Shown here piece by piece: positions 17,368 through 27,549 of a stretch of 60,884 nucleotides of DNA. This DNA comes from an uncultured bacterium. GTDB lineage: Bacteria; Verrucomicrobiota; Kiritimatiellia; RFP12; UBA1067. Numbering within the stretch: the stretch's first letter is position 1; every line of letters begins with the position of its first letter. Below the pieces are notes generated by a model that made no database searches, was not told the DNA's origin, and was given only the letters and a program-made list of their open reading frames with translations. The position numbers were made by a program, and so were the translations under genes. The stretch is taken from the NCBI GenBank assembly GCA_902780865.1, contig CACZHC010000008.1, forward strand, positions 1 through 60,884, read 5' to 3'.

Positions 17368-20300
17368 ATGAAGAGATTGCGCTTTGTTTTGCCTGTCGCC
17401 GTGCTGGTGTCGGCATTTGCATGGAAGGGGCTTTCGGCCGAGACCGTACGTGTCGTCGACTGCGTTCGGGATGCGTCGCTCGACGTCTGGGCCGCGCCCG
17501 ACGTGCGATACGCGCACGAGGTTATGGAGGAGGTCTTCAAGACCGCCGGCCTCGAACCGTCGTGGGGTGTCCCTGGAAATGACGCCTCGCTTCCAGACGA
17601 CGAGGCTGACGTGATTTGCTCCGCCTTCAGAACGCCCGAGCTCCTCGAGAAGTACGACTTCCCGCTCCAGCCGATGAGCCGCATGCACTTCGCGCTCTAC
17701 GCCGCGCCGGAGCGCGCCAAGGAAATGCTTTCCACGAAGATAACCGATTGGCCTAATATGCGTGTCGGGTATTCGCCTGTTTCTCAGGGTCATAATGACG
17801 ACAGGATCAAGTACTTCGAGCACGTGAGGCTCTCGCCGGAATACGTGGAGTTCCCGCGCAGCGCCGACGCGGTGCGGGCGCTCCACAAGGGCAACGTGGA
17901 CGTGCTCTTTCTCTACACGCCCTACAGCCGTCGTCCGAAGGACGTCGTGGAGGTCGTCCCGATTGGCGCGCGAAACGCGTACTTTGCCGTCAAGAAGGGA
18001 AAGCCCGAACTCCTCGCCAAGCTTACCAAGGCGTACCGCGACTTCTACATCGACCGCATCGACAGGGTGGACGAGCTGCGTGAGCGGCATTTCGGCATGC
18101 AGAAGCCCGCGAACCGCGTCCGCATCGCGGCATACAGCCGCGGCGACATCTTCAGCGTATCGCCGGACGGCGATCATTCTGGCGACCTGGAGACCTGGCT
18201 CAAGGCCATCTGCTCGACAGCGCAGTGGGAGCTCGACTATGTCTACGGCGGATACGAGGAGAGCATCGCGGACGTCAAGAAAGGGCGTCTCGACATCATC
18301 GGCGGGCTCAGTTTCGACGTTACGCGGCGCGGGAGCTTCCTCTATCCGCACACGCCCATCGGCATGCTTCGCGTCTATCTCTGGACGCACAAGAGCCTTC
18401 CGTACGAGCCGGGCAACCCGCAGACATGGCGGGGGATGAAGGTCGGTCTCTTGACGGGAACAGTGAGCTCCCAGCGCGTGAAGCGGAATCTCGAGTCGGA
18501 GTCGATTGGGGTGACCTTCAGGGAATACTCGTCGGACCGCGAGATGCTGCGCGCCTACTTTGATGGCGAAATCGACGCATGCGTCGACGTCGAGATGCCC
18601 GAGCTCGCGCACGAGACGGCCCTGCACCTTTGCATCGCGCATCCAATGTACATCTGTGCGGCTTTGGACAGGACGGAGATATTCGCGGCCCTTGAAAATG
18701 CGCTTGACGAGTTGTGCGACGACTTGCCCAAGTACATGCGGATGATCCGCGACCACCACTACGGCTCGCGGAGCGAGGTGGCGACGCTCACGCTCAAGGA
18801 GTCGGAGTGGCTCAACGCCAGGGTCAAGACGGGGGAGCCGGTGTATGTCGACTTCTCCCCGTGGCCATTCAGCATAAGGGACAAGTCTGGGCGCGCGCTG
18901 GGCCTCGCGCTTCTCCTCCAGTCCGAGGTCAAGCGCCGCACGGGGCTTGAGATACGCCCGCAGGTGCAGACCGGCATCTACACCGCGCAGGCGAAGTTCA
19001 TGCGCGGGGAGACGATGTTCTGGATTCCCTATCCGGAGAAGGCCGGAGACGCCGCGTTCGAGGCGAAGTCGGTGTTCTCCATTCCGGTTCCGACGATGGT
19101 CGCGGAATTTTACGGTGCGGAGGACGACATGCTCGAATTCGAGATGCTCGCGAATCCGTCCGCTCCGCCCGAACTCGTCTCGATCCTGAGGAAGACGGTA
19201 ACGAGCATTGACGCCGTGCGCCTCCAGGAGATGTTCATGAGCGCGGCGGCGGAGCGCAAGGTCGTGCACAAGGTGTTCGGACTCACCGGCGACCAGTTGC
19301 TCAAGGTAATCGTCGCCGTGGTGCTTCTCGTGCTGCTTGCGATCGTGATCTACAGCGCGTACATGGTGAGGCTCCTCAAGCGCGAGGCGGTGAAGGCCAA
19401 CACCGCGGCAGCCGCAGCCGAGGAGCACGCCAAGGCGAAGACTCGCTTCCTCGCGATGATGTCGCACGAGCTCCGGACGCCCCTCAACGCCGTCATTGGT
19501 TTTGCCGAGTTCCTCACTCGCAAGGACGTCGACAGCGACAGGCGCCAGGAGTACACGGACGGCATACTCATGAGCGCGAACGCGCTTCTCGACCTCATCA
19601 ACGACATCCTCGACCTCTCCAAGCTCGAGGCCGGCGCGACTGACATGCGCGCAGGCGAGTGCGACATCAAGAAGCTTCTCGACGAACTCCCCGCCATATT
19701 CGGCTACCGCATCAGGCGGCACGGGGTCAAGCTCCTGGTCTCGATAGAGGGCGACAGGATTCCCGTGGTCGGGCTTTCGCAGCAGGGCATGCGCCAGATA
19801 CTGATCAACCTCGTCGGCAACGCGGCGAAGTTCACAAAGTCGGGGTCGATAACGGTCAAGGCCGCGTGGCGCTCCGAGACGAATGCGCTGCACATCGAGG
19901 TTGCGGACACGGGATGCGGCATGTCGGACGAGAAGATGGCGAAGCTGTTCGACCCCTTCGTGCAGGACATCGCGAGCCGCATGGAAAGGACCGCGAACGA
20001 CGCGAAGGGCACCGGGCTCGGGCTTCCGATCGTGAAGCGCATGGTGGACAACGCGCGCGGCACCGTGACGGCAAGGAGCTGTCTCGGGAAGGGAACCGTG
20101 TTCTGCATCGACATACCGGAGCTCGAGGTGGTGAGGCACTCAGAGACCCTCTCCAAGCCGGCGGAGCCCGTGCTTCCCGCCTTGCCCGCAAGAGTGCTTG
20201 TGGTGGATGACATGGAGACCAACCGCAGGATACTCAGGATACACCTGAAGAACCTCGATGTTGCCGAGGTGCGCACGGCCGAGAACGGCGAGGACGCGCT

Positions 20301-20538
20301 GGCGATCATGGCAGACTGGACTCCCGACGTCGTGCTTACCGACATGTGGATGCCGAAGATGGACGGCGCCCAGCTTGCCGAGGCGATGAGAAACGACAGT
20401 CGTTTCGCCGACGTCCCGATCGTCGCCGTCACCGCCGACGTGGACGTGGGGTCGACCTTCGACATCAGTCTTTTCGCGAAGGTGCTCGCCAAGCCCGTTA
20501 CGACGGAAAAGCTCCAGAGCCTTTTCGGCGAGATCTAG
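17368..20538 (+). CDS. Hybrid sensor histidine kinase, BvgS-like (signal peptide, two periplasmic solute-binding-type domains, TM, HisKA, HATPase, receiver)
   Basis: H-box FLAMMSHELRTPLNAVIGFAEFL, N/G boxes (LINLVGNAAKFT, DTGCGMS, GTGLGLPIVKRMV) and a receiver domain (VLVVDDMETNRRIL..VLTDMWMPKMDG). The ~600-aa periplasmic part has PBPb-like repeats before the TM segment LLKVIVAVVLLVLLAIVIYSAY. Confidence 0.9.
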   Translation: MKRLRFVLPVAVLVSAFAWKGLSAETVRVVDCVRDASLDVWAAPDVRYAHEVMEEVFKTAGLEPSWGVPGNDASLPDDEADVICSAFRTPELLEKYDFPLQPMSRMHFALYAAPERAKEMLSTKITDWPNMRVGYSPVSQGHNDDRIKYFEHVRLSPEYVEFPRSADAVRALHKGNVDVLFLYTPYSRRPKDVVEVVPIGARNAYFAVKKGKPELLAKLTKAYRDFYIDRIDRVDELRERHFGMQKPANRVRIAAYSRGDIFSVSPDGDHSGDLETWLKAICSTAQWELDYVYGGYEESIADVKKGRLDIIGGLSFDVTRRGSFLYPHTPIGMLRVYLWTHKSLPYEPGNPQTWRGMKVGLLTGTVSSQRVKRNLESESIGVTFREYSSDREMLRAYFDGEIDACVDVEMPELAHETALHLCIAHPMYICAALDRTEIFAALENALDELCDDLPKYMRMIRDHHYGSRSEVATLTLKESEWLNARVKTGEPVYVDFSPWPFSIRDKSGRALGLALLLQSEVKRRTGLEIRPQVQTGIYTAQAKFMRGETMFWIPYPEKAGDAAFEAKSVFSIPVPTMVAEFYGAEDDMLEFEMLANPSAPPELVSILRKTVTSIDAVRLQEMFMSAAAERKVVHKVFGLTGDQLLKVIVAVVLLVLLAIVIYSAYMVRLLKREAVKANTAAAAAEEHAKAKTRFLAMMSHELRTPLNAVIGFAEFLTRKDVDSDRRQEYTDGILMSANALLDLINDILDLSKLEAGATDMRAGECDIKKLLDELPAIFGYRIRRHGVKLLVSIEGDRIPVVGLSQQGMRQILINLVGNAAKFTKSGSITVKAAWRSETNALHIEVADTGCGMSDEKMAKLFDPFVQDIASRMERTANDAKGTGLGLPIVKRMVDNARGTVTARSCLGKGTVFCIDIPELEVVRHSETLSKPAEPVLPALPARVLVVDDMETNRRILRIHLKNLDVAEVRTAENGEDALAIMADWTPDVVLTDMWMPKMDGAQLAEAMRNDSRFADVPIVAVTADVDVGSTFDISLFAKVLAKPVTTEKLQSLFGEI

Positions 20539-20552
20539 CGAGAGCCGCCGCT

Positions 20553-21587
20553 TTATTTCTTCGGGCCGAAGAGCCGCGAGAAAATGGACGGCTTCTGCTC
20601 TTCCTTTTGCTCTGGCGGCGGTGGCTGCTGGCCGCCGGCGCCTGGCAGGATAAGCCCGTCGACGTTTGCGCGCGAAAGCAAGTCGGCGACGACGCTTGTC
20701 GACATTGGGCGGTCCTCCGGCTTCGGCGCGCACATGAGCGAGAGGACGTACGCCACTGAAGTCGACACTTCCGGGCGCATCTTGCGCACGTCGGGCAGCG
20801 GTTCTCCCTTTATGGCCTTGGTGAGGAGTCCCATCAAGGTGCTGCCGGCGTTTGGCTTCCTGCCGGTCAGCATCTCGTAGAGAACGACGCCGAGCGAGTA
20901 TATGTCGGCGCGAGCGTCGATGTGATGGGAGTCCATCATCTGCTCGGGCGCCATGTAGGCTGGCGTGCCGAGGATGTGGCCTTTCATGGTGAGAGTGGAG
21001 TTCTGGGTGTCGCTGAGGAACTTGGCTATTCCGAGGTCGGCCAGCTTTGGGACGCCGTCCGCGGTGAACAGGATGTTGTCCGGCTTGATGTCGCGGTGTA
21101 TCACGCCGTTGCGGTGCGCGAGCGCGAGAGCGTATGCGATCTGGGATACGTAGGAAATCGCCTGCTCTATCGGAAGCGCGCCTACTTTCTCGATCATGTC
21201 CTTTAGGCTTCCGCCGGGCATGTATTCCATCAGGATGTAGCAGAGGCCTTTTTCCGGCTCTTCGCCCGCGTCGCGCACCTCGACGAGGTTGCGGTGGCGT
21301 ATCGTCATCGCGAACTCGGCTTCGTTCAGGAAGCGGCGCTTCATGCCCGTGTTGTGCCGCGCAAATTCGGGATGCAGGATCTTGAGCGCGTATTGCCTCC
21401 CGTTGGGGGCCTGCGCGAGGTAGACCTGGCCCATCGCGCCAGACCCGAGCAGGCTCACGATCGTGCAGTCGCCGAATCTGTCGCCAATTCCAAGCACCAG
21501 TTCCCCATGGCGTTGAGGTTCGTTTTCCCCGGGCTCCTCGTTGCCCGGCTGGTTGTTCTCTTGATCCTGTTTCATCTGATACAACAA
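20553..21587 (-). CDS. Ser/Thr protein kinase (Hanks type), soluble, Pro/Gln-rich tail
   Basis: GSGAMGQVYLA, YALK, HRDIKPDNILF, DLGIAKF and GTPAYMAPE. Convergent with the upstream hybrid kinase across a 14-nt gap. Confidence 0.9.
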   Translation of the reverse strand: MLYQMKQDQENNQPGNEEPGENEPQRHGELVLGIGDRFGDCTIVSLLGSGAMGQVYLAQAPNGRQYALKILHPEFARHNTGMKRRFLNEAEFAMTIRHRNLVEVRDAGEEPEKGLCYILMEYMPGGSLKDMIEKVGALPIEQAISYVSQIAYALALAHRNGVIHRDIKPDNILFTADGVPKLADLGIAKFLSDTQNSTLTMKGHILGTPAYMAPEQMMDSHHIDARADIYSLGVVLYEMLTGRKPNAGSTLMGLLTKAIKGEPLPDVRKMRPEVSTSVAYVLSLMCAPKPEDRPMSTSVVADLLSRANVDGLILPGAGGQQPPPPEQKEEQKPSIFSRLFGPKK

Positions 21588-21708
21588 CGTTGCTTATCTG
21601 ATGTTAAAAATATAATACCACATTCCCCATTCGAGCGCAAGAGGTACGCTGGCACGACTTTCGCTGCGCGGTTGACCGGCGGTGAAGTGTATGGTAAAAT
21701 TTTTTTCC

Positions 21709-24700
21709 ATGAACAAATCAGCCGTGTTGGGATTGGCCGCCGTGATGGCGACGGCTTTTGCATGGAAGGGCCCTTGTGCCGAGACTGTTCGCGTCGTCGA
21801 TTGCGTGAGGGATCCCTCGCTTGACGTCTGGACCGCTAGCGACGTGCGATACGCCCACTCCGTAATGACGGAGGTCTTCAAGAGGGCGGGGATTGTTCCC
21901 GAATGGACCACTCCCGGCACCAGGGCGTCGACGCCCGAGAACGACGCAGACGTGATATGCTCCGCCTTCAGGACGCCAGAGCTCCTCGAAAAGTACGACT
22001 TCCCGCTTCAGCCGATGAACAAGATGCGCTTCGCGCTGTACGCTGACCCCAAGCGCGCGAAGGACATGATCGCGACGAAGCTGACGGACTGGGACTGGCC
22101 GAACATGAAGGTCGGCTACTCGCCGGTGGCGCAGGGCCAGAGCGACGACCGGACGCGATACTTCGAGCGTGCGCGGCTGTCGCCGGGCGGCTACGTCGAG
22201 TTTCCGACGAGCGCAGGCGCGGTGCAGGCGCTTCTCGGCGGGGACATCGACGCGATCTTCCTGTACACGACCGGGACCTGCATCCCGGACCGGCTCGCGC
22301 AGATCGTCCCGATCGGCACGCGCAATGCCTACTTCGCTGTCAAGAAGGGCAAGCCCGAGCTGCTTGCCGCGCTCGTCAAGGCGTATCGCGACTTCTACAT
22401 AGACGACATCGAGAAGATCGACGCGCTTCGCGAGAAGCACCTCATGCTGCCGAAGCCCGCGAAACGCGTGCGCGTCGCCGCGTACAGCCGCGGCGACATC
22501 TTCAGGGTGTCGCCCGACGGAGTCCATTCGGGCTCGCTTGAAAAGTGGCTGAACGCCGTGTCCTCCTTGACGCGCTGGGACCTCGACTACGTGTATGGCG
22601 GTTTTGACGAGAGCATCGAGGACGTCAAGCGCGGGCGCCTCGATATCGTCGGCGGTCTCAAGTTCGACGACTCGAGGCGCGAGCGCATGCTTTTCCCGCG
22701 CACGCCCATCGGGATGCTGCGACTATACCTCTGGACGCACAAGGGCAATGCTTACAAGCCAGGCGACCCCGGTTCTTGGCGCGGCATGAAGGTCGGGCTT
22801 CTTGCGGGTTCGCTGGGCGGCGCGGGCATGAAGCGCAAGCACGACGCCGAGACTCTCGGCATAGAGTATCGCGAGTATGCGTCGGACAAGGAGATGCTGA
22901 GCGCGTATTTCCGGGGCGAGGTTGACGCCTGTGTCGACGTCGAGATGCCGGAGTTCGCCGGCGAGGTTGCCTTGCATCTCTACTCGTCGCACCCCATGTT
23001 CATCTGCGTCGCGAAGGACAGGCAGGACTTGTTCGACGGGCTTGAGAAGGCCCTCCACGAGACTAGCGACGACCTTGCCAAGTACGTGCGCCTCATAAGC
23101 GAACACCACTACGGCACGAGAAGCGAGATGGCGGCCCTGACGCTCAAGGAGACCGAGTGGCTTAACAAGTGGCGCGAGTCCGGGAAGCCCGTGTACGTCG
23201 ACTTCTCGCCGTGGCCATTCAAGATAAGGGACAAGTCGGGGAAGGCGCTCGAGCTCGCGCTTATGCTGCAGGCCGAGGTGAAACGCCGCACGGGGCTCGT
23301 GCTGCAGCCGCAGGAGCAGACGGAACTCCAGACCGCCGAGGCGAAGTTCATGCGCGGCGAGACGATGTTCTGGATCCCCTATCCCGCGAAGCCATCGGCC
23401 GATGCGACCTTTGGCGCGACGTCAGTCTTCTCGATACCGGTGCCGGCTACCGTGGCCGAGTTCTACGGGGTGAAGAACGGCATCCTCGAGTTCGAGATGT
23501 TCGCGAATCCGTCGGCGCCGCCGGAACTCGTGTCGATCATCGCAAAGGCGGTGACGGGCATCGACGCCGCGCGACTGCAGGAAATGTTCATGAGCGCGGC
23601 TGCGGAGCGCAAGGTCGTGCACAAGGTGTTCGGCCTTACCGGCGGACAGCTTCTGAAGGTGCTCGCGGGAATCTTCGTCGCGATACTTCTCGTGGTGGCG
23701 GTCTACAGCGCGTACATGGCGCGTCTCCTCAGACGCGAGGCGGCAGTGGCGGAGGAGCACGCGATGGCAAAGACGCGCTTCCTCGCGATGATGTCGCACG
23801 AGCTGAGGACGCCGCTCAACGCCGTCATCGGCTTTGCGGAGTTCCTCGCCCGCCCCGACGTCGACAACGACAGGCGCGGCGAGTACACGGCGGGCATCCT
23901 GACTAGCGCCAACGCGCTCCTCGGCCTCATCAACGACATCCTCGACCTCTCCAAGCTCGAGGCCGGCGCGACTGACATGCGCTCCGGCGAGTGCGACGTC
24001 AAGAAGCTACTCGACGAGCTCCCCGCCATATTCGGCTACCGCGTGCGCCGCCATGGCGTCGGGCTTTCCGTCTCGATCGAGGGCGGCGCGAACGCGATCC
24101 CCGTCGTCTCCCTTTCGCAGCAGGGCATGAGGCAGATACTGATCAACCTCGTCGGCAACGCGGCGAAGTTCACCAAGGCGGGAACGATATCCATCAAGGC
24201 CGCGTGGCGTCCCGAGTCCAACACGCTGCACATCGAGGTCGCGGACACTGGATGCGGGATCTCGGACGAAAAGCTGTCGAAGCTGTTCGATCCCTTCGTC
24301 CAGGACATCGCGAGCCGCATGGAGCGGACAGAGAAGGACGCGAAGGGCACGGGGCTCGGGCTTCCGATAGTGAAGCGCATGGTCGACAACGCGCGCGGCA
24401 CCGTCACCGCGCGCAGCAAGCTCGGCGCGGGCACGGTGTTCGTCATCGACATTCCGAATCTCGACGTGGTGAGACGAACGGCCGTGTCCGCGAAGAGCGC
24501 CGCCGCCGTTTCGACCTCCACGCCGCGCCGCGTGCTAATCGTCGACGACATAGAGACGAACCGCAGGATACTCGGCATACACCTCAGGAACCTCGGCGTA
24601 GCGGAGACGCGCGGCGCGGAGAACGGGGAAGAGGCTCTTGCCGTCATGGACGACTGGATGCCGGACCTCGTGCTGACAGACATGTGGATGCCGAAGATGG

Positions 24701-24876
24701 ACGGCGCGCAGCTTGTCGCCGCCATGCGCGGGAACAGCCGCCTGTCGCGGATACCAGTCGTGGCGGTAACGGCGGATGTCGACGTTGGGTCAACTTTCGA
24801 CATAAGGCTTTTCGCGAAAGTGATCGCGAAGCCGGTGACGACAATGAAGCTTCAGCGCCTGTTCGGCGAAATCTAG
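21709..24876 (+). CDS. Hybrid sensor histidine kinase, paralogue of 17368-20538
   Basis: Collinear with the first kinase over its full length, with the same H-box, N/G boxes and receiver. The N-terminus MNKSAVLGLAAVMATAFAWKGPCAETVRVVDCVRD matches MKRLRFVLPVAVLVSAFAWKGLSAETVRVVDCVRD, which supports a start at 21709 rather than the GTG at 21682. Confidence 0.9.
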   Translation: MNKSAVLGLAAVMATAFAWKGPCAETVRVVDCVRDPSLDVWTASDVRYAHSVMTEVFKRAGIVPEWTTPGTRASTPENDADVICSAFRTPELLEKYDFPLQPMNKMRFALYADPKRAKDMIATKLTDWDWPNMKVGYSPVAQGQSDDRTRYFERARLSPGGYVEFPTSAGAVQALLGGDIDAIFLYTTGTCIPDRLAQIVPIGTRNAYFAVKKGKPELLAALVKAYRDFYIDDIEKIDALREKHLMLPKPAKRVRVAAYSRGDIFRVSPDGVHSGSLEKWLNAVSSLTRWDLDYVYGGFDESIEDVKRGRLDIVGGLKFDDSRRERMLFPRTPIGMLRLYLWTHKGNAYKPGDPGSWRGMKVGLLAGSLGGAGMKRKHDAETLGIEYREYASDKEMLSAYFRGEVDACVDVEMPEFAGEVALHLYSSHPMFICVAKDRQDLFDGLEKALHETSDDLAKYVRLISEHHYGTRSEMAALTLKETEWLNKWRESGKPVYVDFSPWPFKIRDKSGKALELALMLQAEVKRRTGLVLQPQEQTELQTAEAKFMRGETMFWIPYPAKPSADATFGATSVFSIPVPATVAEFYGVKNGILEFEMFANPSAPPELVSIIAKAVTGIDAARLQEMFMSAAAERKVVHKVFGLTGGQLLKVLAGIFVAILLVVAVYSAYMARLLRREAAVAEEHAMAKTRFLAMMSHELRTPLNAVIGFAEFLARPDVDNDRRGEYTAGILTSANALLGLINDILDLSKLEAGATDMRSGECDVKKLLDELPAIFGYRVRRHGVGLSVSIEGGANAIPVVSLSQQGMRQILINLVGNAAKFTKAGTISIKAAWRPESNTLHIEVADTGCGISDEKLSKLFDPFVQDIASRMERTEKDAKGTGLGLPIVKRMVDNARGTVTARSKLGAGTVFVIDIPNLDVVRRTAVSAKSAAAVSTSTPRRVLIVDDIETNRRILGIHLRNLGVAETRGAENGEEALAVMDDWMPDLVLTDMWMPKMDGAQLVAAMRGNSRLSRIPVVAVTADVDVGSTFDIRLFAKVIAKPVTTMKLQRLFGEI

Positions 24877-25937
24877 GGCATCACGAGCAGGAAGAGCAGG
24901 GCGAAGGCGACGACTGCGCCAATTGCCACGGCAATCGCTATTGCGAGCCACGGAAATTTGGATCGGCGTGCGGGAGCTGGGCCGTCGTCTTCTGCGGGGA
25001 TGTTCCCGTATTTCGCGAGAAGGGCGTCCATCGACTCCTCGTTCTCCTCTGCGGCCGCCTTCCTGCCGCTGTTGATTTTCGCCGTGTGCCCGACTTTCGC
25101 GAATTCCTCGATCACGGCGTCGGCCGACTGCAGCCGATCCGCGGCCTTCTTTGTGCACATGCGGCGCAAAATGTCGGCAGTCTCGGCGGAAACGGAAGGG
25201 GCCAGGGTGCGGATGTCGGGAATCTCCGCCGGGTCCATGACCTCCATCATTATCTCGACAGGCGATTTCCCTGTCCACGGCGTACGCCCTGCAAGCATCT
25301 CGAACAGCATGATGCCGAGACTGTACACGTCGGCGCTCGGGCTGACTGCGCTCGAGTCGGCCGCTTGCTCGGGGGCTATGTAGCTGGGCGTGCCGAACAC
25401 GGTGTTTGCCATCGTGACAAGCGAGTCGAGGCGTTCCGTGGCCTTTGCGATTCCGAAGTCAAGCAGCATCGCCGAGCCATCTCGCGTGATAATGACGTTC
25501 TCCGGCTTGAGGTCGCGGTGCACCATGCCGAAGCGCCCGGCGAGGGCGAGAACGTCGCAGACCTGTAGTATGATGTCCACTGCGTGGCTTTCCTCCATGG
25601 GGCCGCCGAGCGCGATTGCCGTGCGCAGTGTGTCGCCCTCCACGTAGTCCATCACGAGGTAGTAGAGCCCGCGTTCGGGGTCGTAGCCCGCGTCATGCAC
25701 TTCCGCGAGGTTTGGGTGCTTTATGCGGCTTGCGAGCTTCGCCTCGCGCACAAAGCGTTTTGCGCGCTCGTTCCTTCCTTCCCCAGGGCCGGCGTCCATC
25801 GTCTTCAGGGCGAAGAGGGTGTCGAGAAACTCGTGGCGGACGAGCCACACCGTTCCCGATGCGCCGCTGCCAAGGACTTTTTCCACTACATAGCCCTTGA
25901 AGACATCGCCTGGATTGAATAGCGGAACTTGCGTCAT
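24873..25937 (-). CDS. Ser/Thr protein kinase with C-terminal TM anchor
   Basis: [32 protein letters not shown] and GTPSYIAPE. The C-terminal helix is [27 protein letters not shown]. Its stop codon shares the palindrome CTAG (24873-24876) with the stop of the convergent kinase. Confidence 0.9.
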   Translation of the reverse strand: MTQVPLFNPGDVFKGYVVEKVLGSGASGTVWLVRHEFLDTLFALKTMDAGPGEGRNERAKRFVREAKLASRIKHPNLAEVHDAGYDPERGLYYLVMDYVEGDTLRTAIALGGPMEESHAVDIILQVCDVLALAGRFGMVHRDLKPENVIITRDGSAMLLDFGIAKATERLDSLVTMANTVFGTPSYIAPEQAADSSAVSPSADVYSLGIMLFEMLAGRTPWTGKSPVEIMMEVMDPAEIPDIRTLAPSVSAETADILRRMCTKKAADRLQSADAVIEEFAKVGHTAKINSGRKAAAEENEESMDALLAKYGNIPAEDDGPAPARRSKFPWLAIAIAVAIGAVVAFALLFLLVMP

Positions 25938-26938
25938 GTTGCTCCTTTCCCCCGTCCGAAGAGTCTCGAGAAGAATGACGGCTTAGCGTCCTTTTGCGGT
26001 TTGTCGCTGCCGTCCGGAAGGATCAGCCCGCCGACCTCCGCGCGCGAAAGCAGGTCTACGACGACGCTCGGGGATTCGGGGCGGTCGTCCGGCTTCGGCG
26101 CGCACATAAGCGAGAGGACGTATGCGACCGACATTGAGACTTCGGGACGCAGCGTCCGCACGTCTGGCAGCGGCTCGCCCTTGATGGCCTTCGCCAGGAG
26201 ACCCATCACCGTGCTGCCCTCGTTGGGCCTGTTGCCGGTAAGCATCTCGTAGAGCACGACGCCGAGCGAGTAAATGTCGGCGCGTGCGTCGATGTGGTGG
26301 GAGTCCATCATCTGCTCGGGCGCCATGTAGGCGGGCGTGCCGAGCAAGTGTCCGTCCATCGTAAGCTTTGCGTCTGCGGAATCGTCGAAGAACTTGGCTA
26401 CGCCGAGGTCGGTGAGCTTAGGGACGCCATCTGCCGTGAAGAGGATGTTGTCCGGCTTGATGTCGCGGTGTATGACGCCCTGCTTGTGCGCCACGGAGAG
26501 CGCGTCGGCCGTCTGGGAAACGTAGGAAATCGCCGTGTCGACTGGCAGCCGTCCGTTTTTCGCGATCATGTCGCCTAGACTGCCGCCGGGCAGGTATTCC
26601 ATGAGGATGTAGCAGAGGCCTATTTCCTTGTCCTCGCCCGCGTCGAAGACCTCGACGAGGTTGCGGTGGCGGATCGTCATCAGGAACTCGGCTTCGTGTA
26701 GAAACCGGCGTTTCACGTCGTCGCTGCGGTGCCCGAGTTCAGGATGAAGCAGCTTGAGCGCATACTGCATGCCGTCTGGCGCGGAAGCGAGGTAGACCTG
26801 TCCCATTCCGCCGGACCCGAGCGGGCGCACAATCGTGCAGTCGCCAAACCTGTCGCCCTCCGCGAGCGCCAGTTTCCCGCGTTTTCGTGCTTCGTCCCCG
26901 TGCGTATCGCCGGGATGATCTGATTCTGAAGGGACCAT
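25934..26938 (-). CDS. Ser/Thr protein kinase, paralogue of 20553-21587
   Basis: GDRFGDCTIVRPLGSGGMGQVYLA, YALK, HRDIKPDNILF, DLGVAKF and GTPAYMAPE. The tail ..[16 protein letters not shown] compares with ..KPSIFSRLFGPKK in the paralogue. ATGA overlap with the downstream kinase gene (25934-25937). Confidence 0.9.
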   Translation of the reverse strand: MVPSESDHPGDTHGDEARKRGKLALAEGDRFGDCTIVRPLGSGGMGQVYLASAPDGMQYALKLLHPELGHRSDDVKRRFLHEAEFLMTIRHRNLVEVFDAGEDKEIGLCYILMEYLPGGSLGDMIAKNGRLPVDTAISYVSQTADALSVAHKQGVIHRDIKPDNILFTADGVPKLTDLGVAKFFDDSADAKLTMDGHLLGTPAYMAPEQMMDSHHIDARADIYSLGVVLYEMLTGNRPNEGSTVMGLLAKAIKGEPLPDVRTLRPEVSMSVAYVLSLMCAPKPDDRPESPSVVVDLLSRAEVGGLILPDGSDKPQKDAKPSFFSRLFGRGKGAT

Positions 26939-27062
26939 TAGGACAATATGTTATTAAGAAATATAATATCATAATCCATGCCCAGCGTGCAATAGGCGAG
27001 GTGCCGTGTTTATGGTATAATGTGCCGCATGATGTCCAAGGTCCTCAAATGCGGTCGATAAT

Positions 27063-27524
27063 ATGAAGGCACTTGTCCAGCGCGTTGCCGAGGCGAGCGT
27101 GACGATTGACGGCGAAGTCGTAGCCGAGATCGGCAAGGGCTATCTCGTCCTTTTCGGCGTGACCCACGGCGACACCGAGGCGATGGCCGACAAGCTCGCC
27201 TCGCGCATCGTCAAGCTGAGGATTTTCGAAGACAACAGCGGCAAGACGAACAAGTCCATCGAGGATGTCGCCGGTTCCATCATCGTCGTTTCGCAGTTCA
27301 CTCTCTACGCCGACACCGACCACGGCAACCGTCCCGGCTTTTCCAATGCCGCGCGGCCCGATCTCGCGATTCCGCTCTACGAGCGCTTTGTGGCCGACCT
27401 TCGCGCGGCGCTTGGCCCCGAGCGCGTCGGCACAGGACGTTTCGGCGCCGACATGAAAGTCCGTCTCCTCAACGACGGCCCGTTTACCGTCGAGCTCTCC
27501 GAGCAGGCGCGGAAAATGGTATAA
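27063..27524 (+). CDS. dtd: D-aminoacyl-tRNA deacylase
   Basis: MKALVQRV..A.V.IDGEVV..IGKGYLVLFGV, IVVSQFTLYADT, GNRPGFSNAA and GRFGADMKVRLLNDGPFT are the canonical Dtd pattern in a 153-aa protein. Confidence 0.9.
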   Translation: MKALVQRVAEASVTIDGEVVAEIGKGYLVLFGVTHGDTEAMADKLASRIVKLRIFEDNSGKTNKSIEDVAGSIIVVSQFTLYADTDHGNRPGFSNAARPDLAIPLYERFVADLRAALGPERVGTGRFGADMKVRLLNDGPFTVELSEQARKMV

Positions 27525-27549
27525 TACTGGAAAATTTCAAGGAGGTAAC

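Larger units (their letters stand above)
17368..26938. repeat. Segmental duplication: [hybrid HK (+) / Ser-Thr kinase (-)] twice, with an extra kinase in the second copy
   Basis: Protein pairs 17368-20538 with 21709-24876, and 20553-21587 with 25934-26938, align by eye along their whole lengths with long identical blocks. The order and orientation are the same. Confidence 0.7.

Noticed and set aside
16873-20139. 1088-aa ORF on the minus strand, antisense to the TPR membrane gene end and the first hybrid histidine kinase
   Set aside because: Its composition is dominated by R/H/V/D/L/E/A/G with no recognisable motifs. It lies exactly opposite a + strand ORF with unambiguous kinase motifs. This is the typical stop-codon-poor antisense frame of high-GC coding DNA.
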